Positions 51,998-64,000 of a DNA stretch of 64,000 nt are shown piece by piece (the stretch's first letter is position 1; each line of letters opens with the position of its first letter). This DNA comes from Longimicrobiales bacterium (GTDB taxonomy: Bacteria > Gemmatimonadota > Gemmatimonadetes > Longimicrobiales > Gaopeijiaceae): the NCBI GenBank assembly GCA_965218295.1, contig CBDCKN010000013.1:384001-448000 (forward strand). The letters are read 5' to 3'. The notes beneath the pieces were generated by a model. The model was given only the letters and a program-made list of their open reading frames with translations, was not told the DNA's origin and ran no database searches. Both the position numbers and the translations under genes were made by a program.

Positions 51998-52657
51998 TCA
52001 GGCGCCGGTGGAGTACGTGCGGCCACGGCGCTCTTCGACCACCTCGCCCCGGAAGATCCAGCACTTCACACCGACCGTTCCATAGGTCGTTATGGCCGGA
52101 ACCTGGGCGTAGTCGATGTCGGCCCGGAGCGTGTGGAGCGGCACGCGTCCCTCGTTGTACCCCTCCGTGCGCGCGATCTCGGCGCCGCCCAGCCGACCTG
52201 CACACTGAATCTTGATCCCCTCGGCGCCGCCCCTCATGGCGGACTGAACGGCACGCTTCATAGCGCGACGGAACGAGATCCTCTGCCGGAGCTGGTGGGC
52301 CACGTTCTCGGCCACGAGCCGGGCGTCGACCTCGGGCCGACGGATCTCCTCGACGTTCACAGATATCTCTGCGTTGGTCAGAACCGCCAGCTCGTCTCGC
52401 AGCTTGTCGACCTCAGCTCCACGCTTTCCGATCACCACGCCGGGGCGCGCCGTGAAGATCGTGACGACGATCTTCGAAGGCTTCCGCTCGATCTCCACCT
52501 TGGAGAGGGCAGCGTGCGCGAGGCGCCGATGGAGGTACGACCGGATGGTCTCGTCCTCCTTGAGGAGGCGAGGGAAGTCACGGTCGGCGTACCAACGGGA
52601 CTTCCAATCCTTGACAATCCCGAGACGGAACCCCAAAGGGTGAGTCTTCTGTCCCAT
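51998..52657 (-). CDS. rpsC: 30S ribosomal protein S3
   Basis: [28 protein letters not shown]. Confidence 0.97.
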   Translation of the reverse strand: MGQKTHPLGFRLGIVKDWKSRWYADRDFPRLLKEDETIRSYLHRRLAHAALSKVEIERKPSKIVVTIFTARPGVVIGKRGAEVDKLRDELAVLTNAEISVNVEEIRRPEVDARLVAENVAHQLRQRISFRRAMKRAVQSAMRGGAEGIKIQCAGRLGGAEIARTEGYNEGRVPLHTLRADIDYAQVPAITTYGTVGVKCWIFRGEVVEERRGRTYSTGA

Positions 52658-52659
52658 TC

Positions 52660-53046
52660 TTATTCCTTGGTATCCACTTCCTTGGTATCCACTTCCTTGG
52701 TATCCACGACTACGGTGATGTGGCTAGTCCGCTTATTGATGCGGCCGGCGCGACCCATGGCCCGGGCCCTCCAACGCTTGAGGGTCGGGCCTTCGTCGAC
52801 GTACGCCGTCGCGACCTTCAGCTCGTCCACGTCCAGAACATCGCCCAGGTCCTGGGCCTTGTTCTGAGCGTTCGCCACGGCGGAGCGCAGGGTCTTCCCC
52901 ACGGGGTCCGCGGCGGCCTTCTTCGAGAACTGAAGGATCGCATACGCGTCATTGACCGACTTCCCGCGGATCTGGTCCACAACCAGACGGACCTTTCGTG
53001 GGCTCATACGCACGTGACGAGCAATCGCCTTGGCTTGCATCTCCAT
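52660..53046 (-). CDS. rplV: 50S ribosomal protein L22
   Basis: [20 protein letters not shown]. Confidence 0.96.
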   Translation of the reverse strand: MEMQAKAIARHVRMSPRKVRLVVDQIRGKSVNDAYAILQFSKKAAADPVGKTLRSAVANAQNKAQDLGDVLDVDELKVATAYVDEGPTLKRWRARAMGRAGRINKRTSHITVVVDTKEVDTKEVDTKE

Positions 53047-53053
53047 CGCTCGC

Positions 53054-53341
53054 TTACCTCACCTTGGACCGCTTGTCGGCGAGCTTGCCGCCGTGACCCC
53101 TGAAGAGCCGCGTGGGAGAGAACTCGCCGAGCTTGTGGCCCACCATGTTTTCCATGATGTACACGGGGATGAACTTGTTGCCGTTGTGCACGGCGATCGT
53201 GTGTCCCACGAAGTCCGGAGAGACCGTGGACGCCCGTGCCCAGGTCTTGATGACCCTCTTCTCACCACGGGAGTTCATGATCTCGACCTTCGCGAGAAGC
53301 TTGTCGTCGATGTATGGACCCTTCTTGACGCTGCGCGGCAT
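53054..53341 (-). CDS. rpsS: 30S ribosomal protein S19
   Basis: [20 protein letters not shown]. Confidence 0.97.
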   Translation of the reverse strand: MPRSVKKGPYIDDKLLAKVEIMNSRGEKRVIKTWARASTVSPDFVGHTIAVHNGNKFIPVYIMENMVGHKLGEFSPTRLFRGHGGKLADKRSKVR

Positions 53342-53379
53342 ATGACCGACCTCTGCTCAACCGTTGCGGACTAGGGGCA

Positions 53380-54222
53380 TCACTGCGTGGCCTTGCCCCG
53401 CTTGCGCCCGCGAATGATGTATTTGTTCGACTGCTTCTTCTTCTTTCGGGTCTTGGTCCCTTCGCGCTTGCCCCAGGGCGTCACCGGAGGACGGCCACCC
53501 GAGGCCCTCCCCTCTCCGCCGCCCAGCGGGTGGTCGACGGGATTCATCGCTACACCGCGGACCTTGGGCCGCCGACCACGCCAACGATTGGCGCCGGCCT
53601 TTCCGATGGTCTGGAGGTTGTGCTCGATGTTCCCCACCTGGCCGATGGTGGCCATGCAGGTCTTGAGCACCTGCCGGACCTCCGTGGAGGGCAGCCGCAG
53701 AGCGACGTACTTCCCTTCCTTGGCGACGATCTGCACGCCGGCTCCTGCGGAGCGGGCCATCTGGCCTCCCTTGCCCGGCTTGAGCTCGATGTTGTGAACC
53801 ACGGTGCCCAGCGGGATCTTCCCCAGAGGTAGCGCGTTACCGACCCGGATATCCGCCTTGGGTCCCGACATGATCGTGGTGCCCACCTGCAGGCCCCGCG
53901 GGTGCAGGATGTAGCGCTTGTCACCGTCCACGTAGTGGACCAACGCGATGTTCGAGCTCCGGTTCGGATCATACTCGATAGCAGCGACCTTCCCGGCGAT
54001 CCCGATCTTGTTGCGTCGGAAGTCGATCCGGCGATAGCGGCGCTTGTGCCCACCGCCCCGCCGCCGCGAGGTGATCCTCCCGTGGTGGTTCCGCCCACCC
54101 GACTTCTTCAGCGGCTCCAGAAGCGACTTCTCCGGCGCCTTCTTCGTCAGAATGTCGGAATTGTCGATAATGGAGCGAAAACGGGTCCCCGGGGTCACCG
54201 GCTTGAATTTCTTGATAGCCAT
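53380..54222 (-). CDS. rplB: 50S ribosomal protein L2
   Basis: [24 protein letters not shown]. Confidence 0.97.
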   Translation of the reverse strand: MAIKKFKPVTPGTRFRSIIDNSDILTKKAPEKSLLEPLKKSGGRNHHGRITSRRRGGGHKRRYRRIDFRRNKIGIAGKVAAIEYDPNRSSNIALVHYVDGDKRYILHPRGLQVGTTIMSGPKADIRVGNALPLGKIPLGTVVHNIELKPGKGGQMARSAGAGVQIVAKEGKYVALRLPSTEVRQVLKTCMATIGQVGNIEHNLQTIGKAGANRWRGRRPKVRGVAMNPVDHPLGGGEGRASGGRPPVTPWGKREGTKTRKKKKQSNKYIIRGRKRGKATQ

Positions 54223-54227
54223 CGGCG

Positions 54228-54539
54228 TTATCCAACCTCGTAAAACTCGATGTGGTCGTCTTCGGCAAGCTGAACCACCGCCTTCTTGAAAGCGGGGCGC
54301 CGCCCGTATTTGGGATTCCGGGACATGCGGCCCAACAGGGCACGCTTGATCTTCCCGGGGTAGTGCATCGTGCGAACATGATCGACCTTCACGTCCCAGA
54401 GCTTCTCGACGGCCCGGGCGATGTCGATCTTGTTGGCGCTCCTGTTCACGATGAAGGTGTAGACGTTGTCCTCTTCGATGGCTCGCGCGGATTTCTCGGA
54501 GACGACCGGCGAGTAGATCACGTCGTAGACGTCACGCAT
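54228..54539 (-). CDS. rplW: 50S ribosomal protein L23
   Basis: PVVSEKS, YTFIV..ANK, KKAVVQL. Confidence 0.95.
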   Translation of the reverse strand: MRDVYDVIYSPVVSEKSARAIEEDNVYTFIVNRSANKIDIARAVEKLWDVKVDHVRTMHYPGKIKRALLGRMSRNPKYGRRPAFKKAVVQLAEDDHIEFYEVG

Positions 54540-55509
54540 CGTCGCCCTCCTCCTGTGCGTCGGCTCCACCCGAAAGCTCGAGCAAGCGCGCGTCGTAGTG
54601 GGCTTGGGCCGTCTTGCGGCTGTCTCGGGCCTCGAGGGCCTTCACGTCGTCGGCCGAGTCGAACTGGGCCAGGAAGTCGGACATGTCGCCGACCTTTGGC
54701 AGCTTCACGGTCGCGACGTCGACGCCGCCCGCGATGGTGTCGGCCTTCACCTTGGGAGCCGCCCTCTTGGCCGGCTTCTTGCGGCCCCTGCGAGCCTTCT
54801 TGCGCTCGGCCTGGGCCTCGGCGACCTCCCGCTCGCGGCTCCGGACTTCCGGCTCACCACGGTCCCGGGCCGCTACCGCGTCGCGGTCCGCCTCGGACGG
54901 CTCGGCCCCGTCCAGGGCGGCCTTCTCGATGACGACCACGTTGGCCCACAGAATGTCGTAGACCGACTCCTGGCCGAAGGGACGGATCTCGACGTTCGGC
55001 AGGTTGCGGGCCGAAAGGTAGACGCTCTCCTTGGGCCCGTCCGTTAGGACGAGGACCTTCCCCTCCGCACCGATGGCCGAGAAGAGCGCGAGGAGCTGCT
55101 TGGTCTTGGGGGCATCGAACTCGAGGGCGTCCACGAGGACCACCCGCTCACCCTGGGCTCGCGCGTTGAACGCGGACCGGCGAGCGAGGGCCCGGACCTT
55201 CTTGGGCACCCGTTGCCGCCACGAGTGGGGAATCGGCGGGAAAGCGACACCGCCCCCGGCCCACTGCACGGCCCGGATCGTTCCCTGCCGGGCACGGCCT
55301 GTCCCCTTCTGTCTCCAGGGCTTGTGGGAGCCGCCGGCGACCTGACCACGGGACTTGGCCGCCGCCGTCCCCTGTCGCTGATTCGACCGGTAGGCCTTGA
55401 TCACCTGGTGGAGGACGTCCTCATTGACGACCCCGTCGAAGAGCCACTCGGGGAGATTCTGTTCCCCGCCTTGGGCTCCATCAGTCTGGTAGTAGCGTGC
55501 TCTAAGCAT
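54532..55509 (-). CDS. rplD: 50S ribosomal protein L4 with long C-terminal extension
   Basis: RQGT, KPWRQKGTGRARQG, GGGVAF, SARNLP. Confidence 0.95.
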   Translation of the reverse strand: MLRARYYQTDGAQGGEQNLPEWLFDGVVNEDVLHQVIKAYRSNQRQGTAAAKSRGQVAGGSHKPWRQKGTGRARQGTIRAVQWAGGGVAFPPIPHSWRQRVPKKVRALARRSAFNARAQGERVVLVDALEFDAPKTKQLLALFSAIGAEGKVLVLTDGPKESVYLSARNLPNVEIRPFGQESVYDILWANVVVIEKAALDGAEPSEADRDAVAARDRGEPEVRSREREVAEAQAERKKARRGRKKPAKRAAPKVKADTIAGGVDVATVKLPKVGDMSDFLAQFDSADDVKALEARDSRKTAQAHYDARLLELSGGADAQEEGDDA

Positions 55510-55512
55510 GCG

Positions 55513-56130
55513 TCACTTCTGGATCAACAGATAGCTGTTCCTGGACCCGGGCACCCCACCCTTGATGAAGAGGAGGTTGCGCTCGGCGTCCACTCTCACG
55601 ACCTGCAGGTTTCCGATGGTGGTTCTCTTCCCGCCCATGCGGCCCGGCAGCTTCTTGCCCTTGATGACTCGAGACGGATCGGTCCCGGGTCCCAGGGAGC
55701 CCGGAGTCCTCGCCCCCGAGTGGCCGTGGGAAGCCGGGCGCCCTGAAAAGCCCCAACGCTTCACCACACCCTGGAATCCACGCCCCTTGGAGGTGCCCGT
55801 CACCCTGACCTTGTCACCCGCCTCGAAGACCTCGACGGTGACCGACTGTCCGAGCTCGAACTCGTCGCCTTCGGCCACCGGGAACTCACGCACGAGGCGG
55901 GGCGCCGCTTCGACGCCGGCCTTGGCGGCATGGCCCTTCTCGGCCATGCTGGCGCGCTTGTCCTTCTTGGCCCCGAAGCCCAACTGAACGGCAGAGTACC
56001 CGTCCCTCTCCTCGCTCTTGATCTGGAGCACCGGGCAAGGGCCCGCCTCCACGACCGTCACGGAGAGCGCGGCTCCATCCTCGTCGAAGATCCGGGTCAT
56101 CCCGATCTTCTTTCCAATCAATCCGGGCAT
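55513..56130 (-). CDS. rplC: 50S ribosomal protein L3
   Basis: [24 protein letters not shown]. Confidence 0.97.
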   Translation of the reverse strand: MPGLIGKKIGMTRIFDEDGAALSVTVVEAGPCPVLQIKSEERDGYSAVQLGFGAKKDKRASMAEKGHAAKAGVEAAPRLVREFPVAEGDEFELGQSVTVEVFEAGDKVRVTGTSKGRGFQGVVKRWGFSGRPASHGHSGARTPGSLGPGTDPSRVIKGKKLPGRMGGKRTTIGNLQVVRVDAERNLLFIKGGVPGSRNSYLLIQK

Positions 56131-56438
56131 CAGTCGACCCTAATCTCGACGTCCACGCCAGCAGGAAGATCGAGCTTCGTCAGCGCGTCGACCGTCTGCG
56201 GACGGCTCTCGACGATGTCGATGAGCCGCTTGTGCGTCCGAAGCTCGAACTGCTCGCGGCTCTTCTTGTCGATGTGGGGCGAGCGCAGCACCGTCCAGCG
56301 CTCACGCCGTGTGGGCAGCGGAATCGGTCCGCACACAATCGCGCCGGTCTTCTGCGCCGTCCGCACGATGTCGGCCGCGGTCTGATCCACGAGCCAGTGG
56401 TCGAACGCCTTGAGCCTGATTCGAATCCTGTCTGCCAT
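56130..56438 (-). CDS. rpsJ: 30S ribosomal protein S10
   Basis: [29 protein letters not shown]. Confidence 0.97.
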   Translation of the reverse strand: MADRIRIRLKAFDHWLVDQTAADIVRTAQKTGAIVCGPIPLPTRRERWTVLRSPHIDKKSREQFELRTHKRLIDIVESRPQTVDALTKLDLPAGVDVEIRVD

Positions 56439-56510
56439 GTCTTCCTCTCACTGCGAGGCCGGTAGGGCCCCGCGGACTCTACTGCTGGCTGGTGTTGGGT
56501 CAGCCAGCGA

Positions 56511-56815
56511 AGGGAGAAGTTGCCTCCTCCGCTACACCGTAGGCCGGGACGCTGCGGAGGCAACTTCTCCCTCCGCTCCGACCGTCCCTGGCCATCCACC
56601 TGCTTTCGCGGGGCAAAACACCGGCCCCGCCCTTCGTTCCATCTAGCTTTCCTAGCTTCCCGCCAACGCCCCCAGTGAGCGCCCGCCTGGGCGTGTGCAC
56701 GGAGGCAGGCAGGCTGCCGGAGCCCCCGCCATGTGCGGAGGCTTGAGCCTTTTCTCTCTCCCGCAGCGTCCCGGCCTACGGTGTAGCGAAGGGAGAGAGA
56801 AAGACCTCAAGCCTC
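56511..56815. repeat. two long hairpins sharing a 28-nt loop in opposite orientation
   Basis: 56511-56572 (17-bp perfect stem) and 56738-56815 (10+12-bp stem); loops identical at 27/28 positions. Confidence 0.85.
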
Positions 56816-56818
56816 GCC

Positions 56819-58009
<1,191 letters not shown>

Positions 58010-58051
58010 GGTTCTTCCTCGCGGGCTTCCTATGCCCGTTCCCGTGATCCG

Positions 58052-60154
<2,103 letters not shown>

Positions 60155-60246
60155 CTATCTCTATTCCGTCTGTCTCTATTCCGTCCGTCTCGATTCCGTC
60201 TGTTGAATCGTCCTGGTCGACTTCCCTGGACGCCGCCCTGTCGGCG

Positions 60247-60352
60247 AAAAAAAGCGCACGAGCCACTTGAAGCAGGAAGCGCGTCCTTCCTTCTAGCTGC
60301 CGTAGCCTTTCACCGGCAGCCTCCGCGCTTCGTGCCTCGTCGCTCAGTGCGC
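60247..60352 (-). promoter_or_regulatory. ~100-nt rod-like hairpin followed by U7 in the rpsG-fusA spacer
   Basis: GCGCAC/GTGCGC, GAGC/GCTC, GAGGCA/TGCTTC, GAAGCGCG/CGCGCTTC, GCTGCCG/CGGCAGC, then TTTTTTT. Confidence 0.6.
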
Positions 60353-60416
60353 GAGACAACAGGTCGAGCCTTACCAGGCCTTTTTCAGCGGCAACTGGCG
60401 CTCGAGCGGATTTTGA

Positions 60417-60887
60417 CTACCAGCGATAGTGGGCGAACGCTTTGTTCGCCTCCACCATCCGGTGCGTGTCGTCCTTTTTCTTGATAGTCGCGCCCTCTCC
60501 CCGGCTCGCAGCCAGGAATTCGTACGCGAGTCGCTCGCCCATCGTCTTCTCCCCACGACTGCGGGCGAAGCTGATGAGCCAGCGGCTCGCAAGTGCGGCC
60601 CGACGCTCGGGCCGGACCTCGATGGGAACCTGGTACGTGGCACCACCGACGCGCCGGCTCTTCACCTCCAGAGCGGGCTTCGCGTTGGTGAGCGCCTGCG
60701 TGAAGATGTTCAGGCCTGGCTGGCCGGAGCTCTCCTCGCAGATCTCCAGAGCTCCGTAGAATATCTTCTCTGCCAGGGACTTCTTACCGTCGACCATGAG
60801 GTTGTTGATGAACTTCGTCACCTCGGCCGAATCATACTTCGGATCTGGGATGAGCTCCCGGCGGACCGCCCTGCTGCGACGACTCAT
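60417..60887 (-). CDS. rpsG: 30S ribosomal protein S7
   Basis: [26 protein letters not shown]. Confidence 0.97.
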   Translation of the reverse strand: MSRRSRAVRRELIPDPKYDSAEVTKFINNLMVDGKKSLAEKIFYGALEICEESSGQPGLNIFTQALTNAKPALEVKSRRVGGATYQVPIEVRPERRAALASRWLISFARSRGEKTMGERLAYEFLAASRGEGATIKKKDDTHRMVEANKAFAHYRW

Positions 60888-60897
60888 AGTCTATCCG

Positions 60898-61269
60898 CTA
60901 CTTGGGTCTCTTGGCGCCGTACTTCGACCGACCCTGACGCCGATCACTGACACCGGAGGCATCCAGGGTCCCCCGGACGACGTGGTACCGCACTCCGGGC
61001 AAGTCCTTTACCCGTCCACCTCGAATGAGCACGATCGAGTGCTCCTGGAGGTTGTGTCCTTCCCCACCGATATATGACGTCACCTCGTACCCGTTGGTCA
61101 GCCGCACCCTTGCCACCTTTCGAAGCGCCGAATTGGGCTTCTTGGGGGTGGTGGTATACACCCGGGTGCAGACCCCTCGCTTCTGAGGGTTCTTCTGCAA
61201 CGCAGGGGACTTGTTCTTCTTGTGAAGCTCGCGCCGTCCCTTGCGAACGAGTTGGTTGATCGTAGGCAT
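60898..61269 (-). CDS. rpsL: 30S ribosomal protein S12
   Basis: [30 protein letters not shown]. Confidence 0.98.
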   Translation of the reverse strand: MPTINQLVRKGRRELHKKNKSPALQKNPQKRGVCTRVYTTTPKKPNSALRKVARVRLTNGYEVTSYIGGEGHNLQEHSIVLIRGGRVKDLPGVRYHVVRGTLDASGVSDRRQGRSKYGAKRPK

Positions 61270-61366
61270 GTCAGCCCAGGTTCATTTCGTCAAAAAAACG
61301 CGCTGCCTAGCGCGGTTTCGTGTGGGAGCCGCCGGCGCTTCGGGGCGTCCGTTGCAAAGACTTAAA

Positions 61367-61395
61367 AAGTTAAAAGAGGCTCGGGGGGGTGTCAA
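61367..61395 (-). promoter_or_regulatory. sigma70-type promoter of the str operon
   Basis: TTGACA-17 bp-TAACTT about 100 bp upstream of rpsL. Confidence 0.6.
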
Positions 61396-61481
61396 CGGGG
61401 TGTTCTGCCCCGAAAACCGGCTCCGGCCGGGGCATTCCGAAGGTGAGGTGACCCGCCATCGGCCTTCCTGCTCCCTATTCC

Positions 61482-62609
61482 CTACTTCCCTTTTTCTGCC
61501 GCCCGTACCATACCGGAGCTTGTTCCCCGCCCCCCCACTGGACGCAAGGATTTCTGACGGACCAGCGTCGGCACCTGTGTGATGAAGTACGCCGTTCGCG
61601 AGACACACTCCCACAGCTGAAACGGCAACCTGGGCAGTTCATTAAATGGCCCTCCGACGCCTACCGTAGCCTGAATCGGATTGGGCCAACGGAGGCGAAG
61701 TGCTCTTAGCAGCTGGGCCGGGTGCCGGAAGGAGTACGCCATCGACGGACTATCCAGATAATGCTCCCCTATCGACCACTGGCTGAGCACTGAGGGAAGG
61801 AGCCATCGCGGCAGGTGTCTAGCCCCCTCTGCTGTTGGAATGCCGTCCAGGCGGGCCCCGAGAAGCTGGCGTGCCAGACACACGGTGCATGCCACCCAAT
61901 CCGCGCGCCGCCGGTCTCCCCGCAGCAGATACTCCCAATCAAAATCCTTGGGCAGAGATTCCAGCACGACGGCGATGTCGCACAACCACAGGGGGCGGTA
62001 CGCCCCATGGCCTAACATGTGTATGCACATGTAGCGGAGATGATCTTCGGTTCCCAATATCCGCACGTCGACCTCGCCCAGTGGTACCAGCTGAGAACGC
62101 TCGTAGACATCATCCAGCGAAGGGCGGTGGAGCTGGGGCAGACCCTTGTGCAAATCGACTACGACCGTCTCGGCCGCCGGAGCGGCAAGTGCAGCCACCG
62201 CAACCGCATACTGTTCCGGCCGAACACACAGGTCGATGTCTCCATAAGGCCGCAGCCCGCGTTCGGGGTACAGTCGAGCGACTGCCCAGCCCTTGACCAG
62301 CAGCGGCTCCACACCCCTTGACCGAAGTAGCGTGATGGCCTGGACGATTTGGCGTTCCTGGCGGCCAGCCTGGAGAGTGTACAGGCGGTATGCCTGCCGA
62401 AGTTCGTGGGCAGCGGCGGAGGTGCGCAACTCGGACGACCGCACCCGCCACCACCCCAGGCTCGCCGCTCCCGTGCCGAGCAGCAGGGGTGTGACCTCGA
62501 TGAGGGCGGCGGGCGAGAGCGACGGGGGCGGGGGTGGGGGGAAAGCACGCCAGGCGCCAGCGAGGACCGATGCTACCAGCCTACCGCGTCGTCCCGGGTC
62601 GTTGCCCAT
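61482..62609 (-). CDS. uncharacterised nucleotidyltransferase (NTP_transf_5-like)
   Basis: LLVKGWAVARLYP..GLRPYGDIDLCV, VDLH, HMLGHG..RPLWLCDI..DW. Confidence 0.8.
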   Translation of the reverse strand: MGNDPGRRGRLVASVLAGAWRAFPPPPPPSLSPAALIEVTPLLLGTGAASLGWWRVRSSELRTSAAAHELRQAYRLYTLQAGRQERQIVQAITLLRSRGVEPLLVKGWAVARLYPERGLRPYGDIDLCVRPEQYAVAVAALAAPAAETVVVDLHKGLPQLHRPSLDDVYERSQLVPLGEVDVRILGTEDHLRYMCIHMLGHGAYRPLWLCDIAVVLESLPKDFDWEYLLRGDRRRADWVACTVCLARQLLGARLDGIPTAEGARHLPRWLLPSVLSQWSIGEHYLDSPSMAYSFRHPAQLLRALRLRWPNPIQATVGVGGPFNELPRLPFQLWECVSRTAYFITQVPTLVRQKSLRPVGGRGTSSGMVRAAEKGK

Positions 62610-62675
62610 TCCCGAACTGAAGTGATCCCAGCGGTCAAAGGGCAAAAGATACGCTCGACGTTCACCCGGTCGGGG

Positions 62676-62984
62676 TTAGGGACAACCACATATGCTTTTT
62701 GCCTGGCCTGCAGGTAAACACAAGCCGTTGCAACACAATTTGTTGCAATTAATTGCGCACGGAGTGCAATTTGGAATCCCCGAACAACTTGTAACGCACG
62801 ATGCTTGTGCCGCCGCAAGTGGCGCGACGATCGATTCGATCACCGGCAGAAGGAGCGAGATCCCTGCAACCCGTCGCAGGGTTCGTAGCACTTCCCGCCG
62901 CGAGTATTTGCCCCTTTCTGCCGGCAGTGTCACCGGCTCACTCAGCAAGTGTGCCCTGTCCAAGCGGTCCAGCGCCATCCACAC
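62676..62984 (-). pseudogene. 3' part of a putative PqqD/RRE-like + Tat-like leader + Cys-rich peptide gene, interrupted by IS3
   Basis: VWMALDRLDRAHLL; SRREVL; hydrophobic stretch; AQA; 41-aa tail with 10 Cys; the first 9 aa of the listed ORF come from the IS end. Confidence 0.7.
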
Positions 62985-63057
62985 CCCTCTCTGCCAACTT
63001 ACGTGAGACACGGAGCAGCTAAGGAATTAGAGTAGGGCGAAGGCAGAGAAACCGAGG

Positions 63058-63507
63058 ATGCTGAGACACCGAGAGAGAATGAAAGAGAATGGAATAGCCC
63101 CACCAACCTGGGACGGTAAGCGAAGCGCGGCAGCTCCTGCGGACTCGGAGGTGGTAGATAGGCCGCTGCGCCGGCGGTTCGCTCCGTCGTACAAGCTGCG
63201 GATCGTCGAAGAAGCGGACCGGTGCACGGAGCCCGGAGAGGTTGGCCGACTCCTACGGCGGGAGGGCTTGTACTCGTCGCACCTGACGACATGGCGCAAG
63301 GCGGCGCATAGCGGGTCCCTGAAAGCGCTGTCGAAGAAACGAGGCCGTAAGCGCGAGCGCAATCCGCTGGAGGAGAAGGTGCGCAAGCTGGAGCGCGAGA
63401 ACACTCGCCTCGAGAAGGAGCTCCAGAAGGCGCACTTGATCATCGACGTCCAGGGAAAAGTTGCAGGGCTGCTGGGATTGAGCCTCGAGGACGGGACGAA
63501 CTCATGA
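63058..63507 (+). CDS. IS3 transposase OrfA
   Basis: Identical to other copies. Confidence 0.9.
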   Translation: MLRHRERMKENGIAPPTWDGKRSAAAPADSEVVDRPLRRRFAPSYKLRIVEEADRCTEPGEVGRLLRREGLYSSHLTTWRKAAHSGSLKALSKKRGRKRERNPLEEKVRKLERENTRLEKELQKAHLIIDVQGKVAGLLGLSLEDGTNS

Positions 63508-64000
63508 AGGCGACCCAGGAGCTAGCCAAGCACGTAGGGGTGAAGCCCGCGTGCGATGCGCTCAGGGTGCCGCGAGCCACGTTCTACCGTCGTCGGAGTG
63601 CATCGACCGGGCATCAGCAGCCCCGCCCGACCCCCGCCCGGGCCTTAAGCGAGAAGGAACGAGACAAGGTCTTCGACACGCTGTGTTCGGAGCGGTTCGT
63701 GGACCGGTCCCCAGCCGAGGTGGTGGCGACGCTGCTCGACGAGGACGTCTACCTGTGCAGCGAGCGTACGATGTATCGCGTTCTGGCTTCCCAGGTGCCG
63801 GTTCAGGAGCGTCGAGCGCAGCGGAGTCATCCCAAATACCAGAAGCCCGAGTTGATGGCGAGGGGCCCGAACCAGGTCTGGTCCTGGGATATCACCCGGC
63901 TGCTGGGGCCGAAGAAGTGGAGTTACTTCTACCTCTACGTGATCCTGGACATCTTCAGCCGCTACGTCGTGGGATGGATGGTGGCGGATCGGGAGAACTC
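63504..64000 (+). CDS. IS3 transposase OrfB, partial
   Basis: MKATQELAKHVG... to window end. Confidence 0.9.
   Translation, partial: MKATQELAKHVGVKPACDALRVPRATFYRRRSASTGHQQPRPTPARALSEKERDKVFDTLCSERFVDRSPAEVVATLLDEDVYLCSERTMYRVLASQVPVQERRAQRSHPKYQKPELMARGPNQVWSWDITRLLGPKKWSYFYLYVILDIFSRYVVGWMVADREN

Larger units (their letters stand above)
62985..64000 (+). mobile_element. third IS3 copy, runs off window
   Basis: Same left end CCCTCTCTGCCAACTTACGTGAGACA; matches inner copy. Confidence 0.93.

Noticed and set aside
60254..60352. SRP or 6S RNA
   Set aside because: No SRP domain IV motif on either strand and shorter than a typical 6S; kept only as an unknown structure
62985..63011. MSHVSWQRG as the true start of the Cys-rich ORF
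   Set aside because: Encoded by the IS3 left end; the same peptide start appears at 25226

Overview
High-GC bacterial window; the ribosomal protein sequences suggest Gemmatimonadota (inference, not verified). It has four parts. (1) 1-3.5 kb: envelope/housekeeping genes on the minus strand (partial nadD, bamD, two TPR proteins). (2) 3.6-39.6 kb: a large, eroding surface-polysaccharide locus (ugd, uxs, epimerases, rmlABD, wbpA/B/D/E-like genes, GTs, Wzy-like proteins, sulfotransferase, deacetylase, FkbM). It is interleaved with five toxin-antitoxin modules plus remnants, an IS630-type MITE family, a deleted IS256 and an IS3 nested in its own copy. (3) 39.7-61.3 kb: an intact str-S10-spc-alpha ribosomal superoperon with extended L4/L15 and unusual structured spacers. 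(4) 61.5-64 kb: an NTP_transf_5-like nucleotidyltransferase next to an IS3-interrupted gene. That gene joins an apparent PqqD/RRE-like C-terminal helix to a twin-arginine-like leader and a 10-Cys core, and is the best candidate here for an undescribed RiPP-like/secreted peptide system. About 11 apparent frameshifts fall in 1.4-38.4 kb and none are seen in the ribosomal operon. All family calls come from motif recognition by eye; no searches were run.
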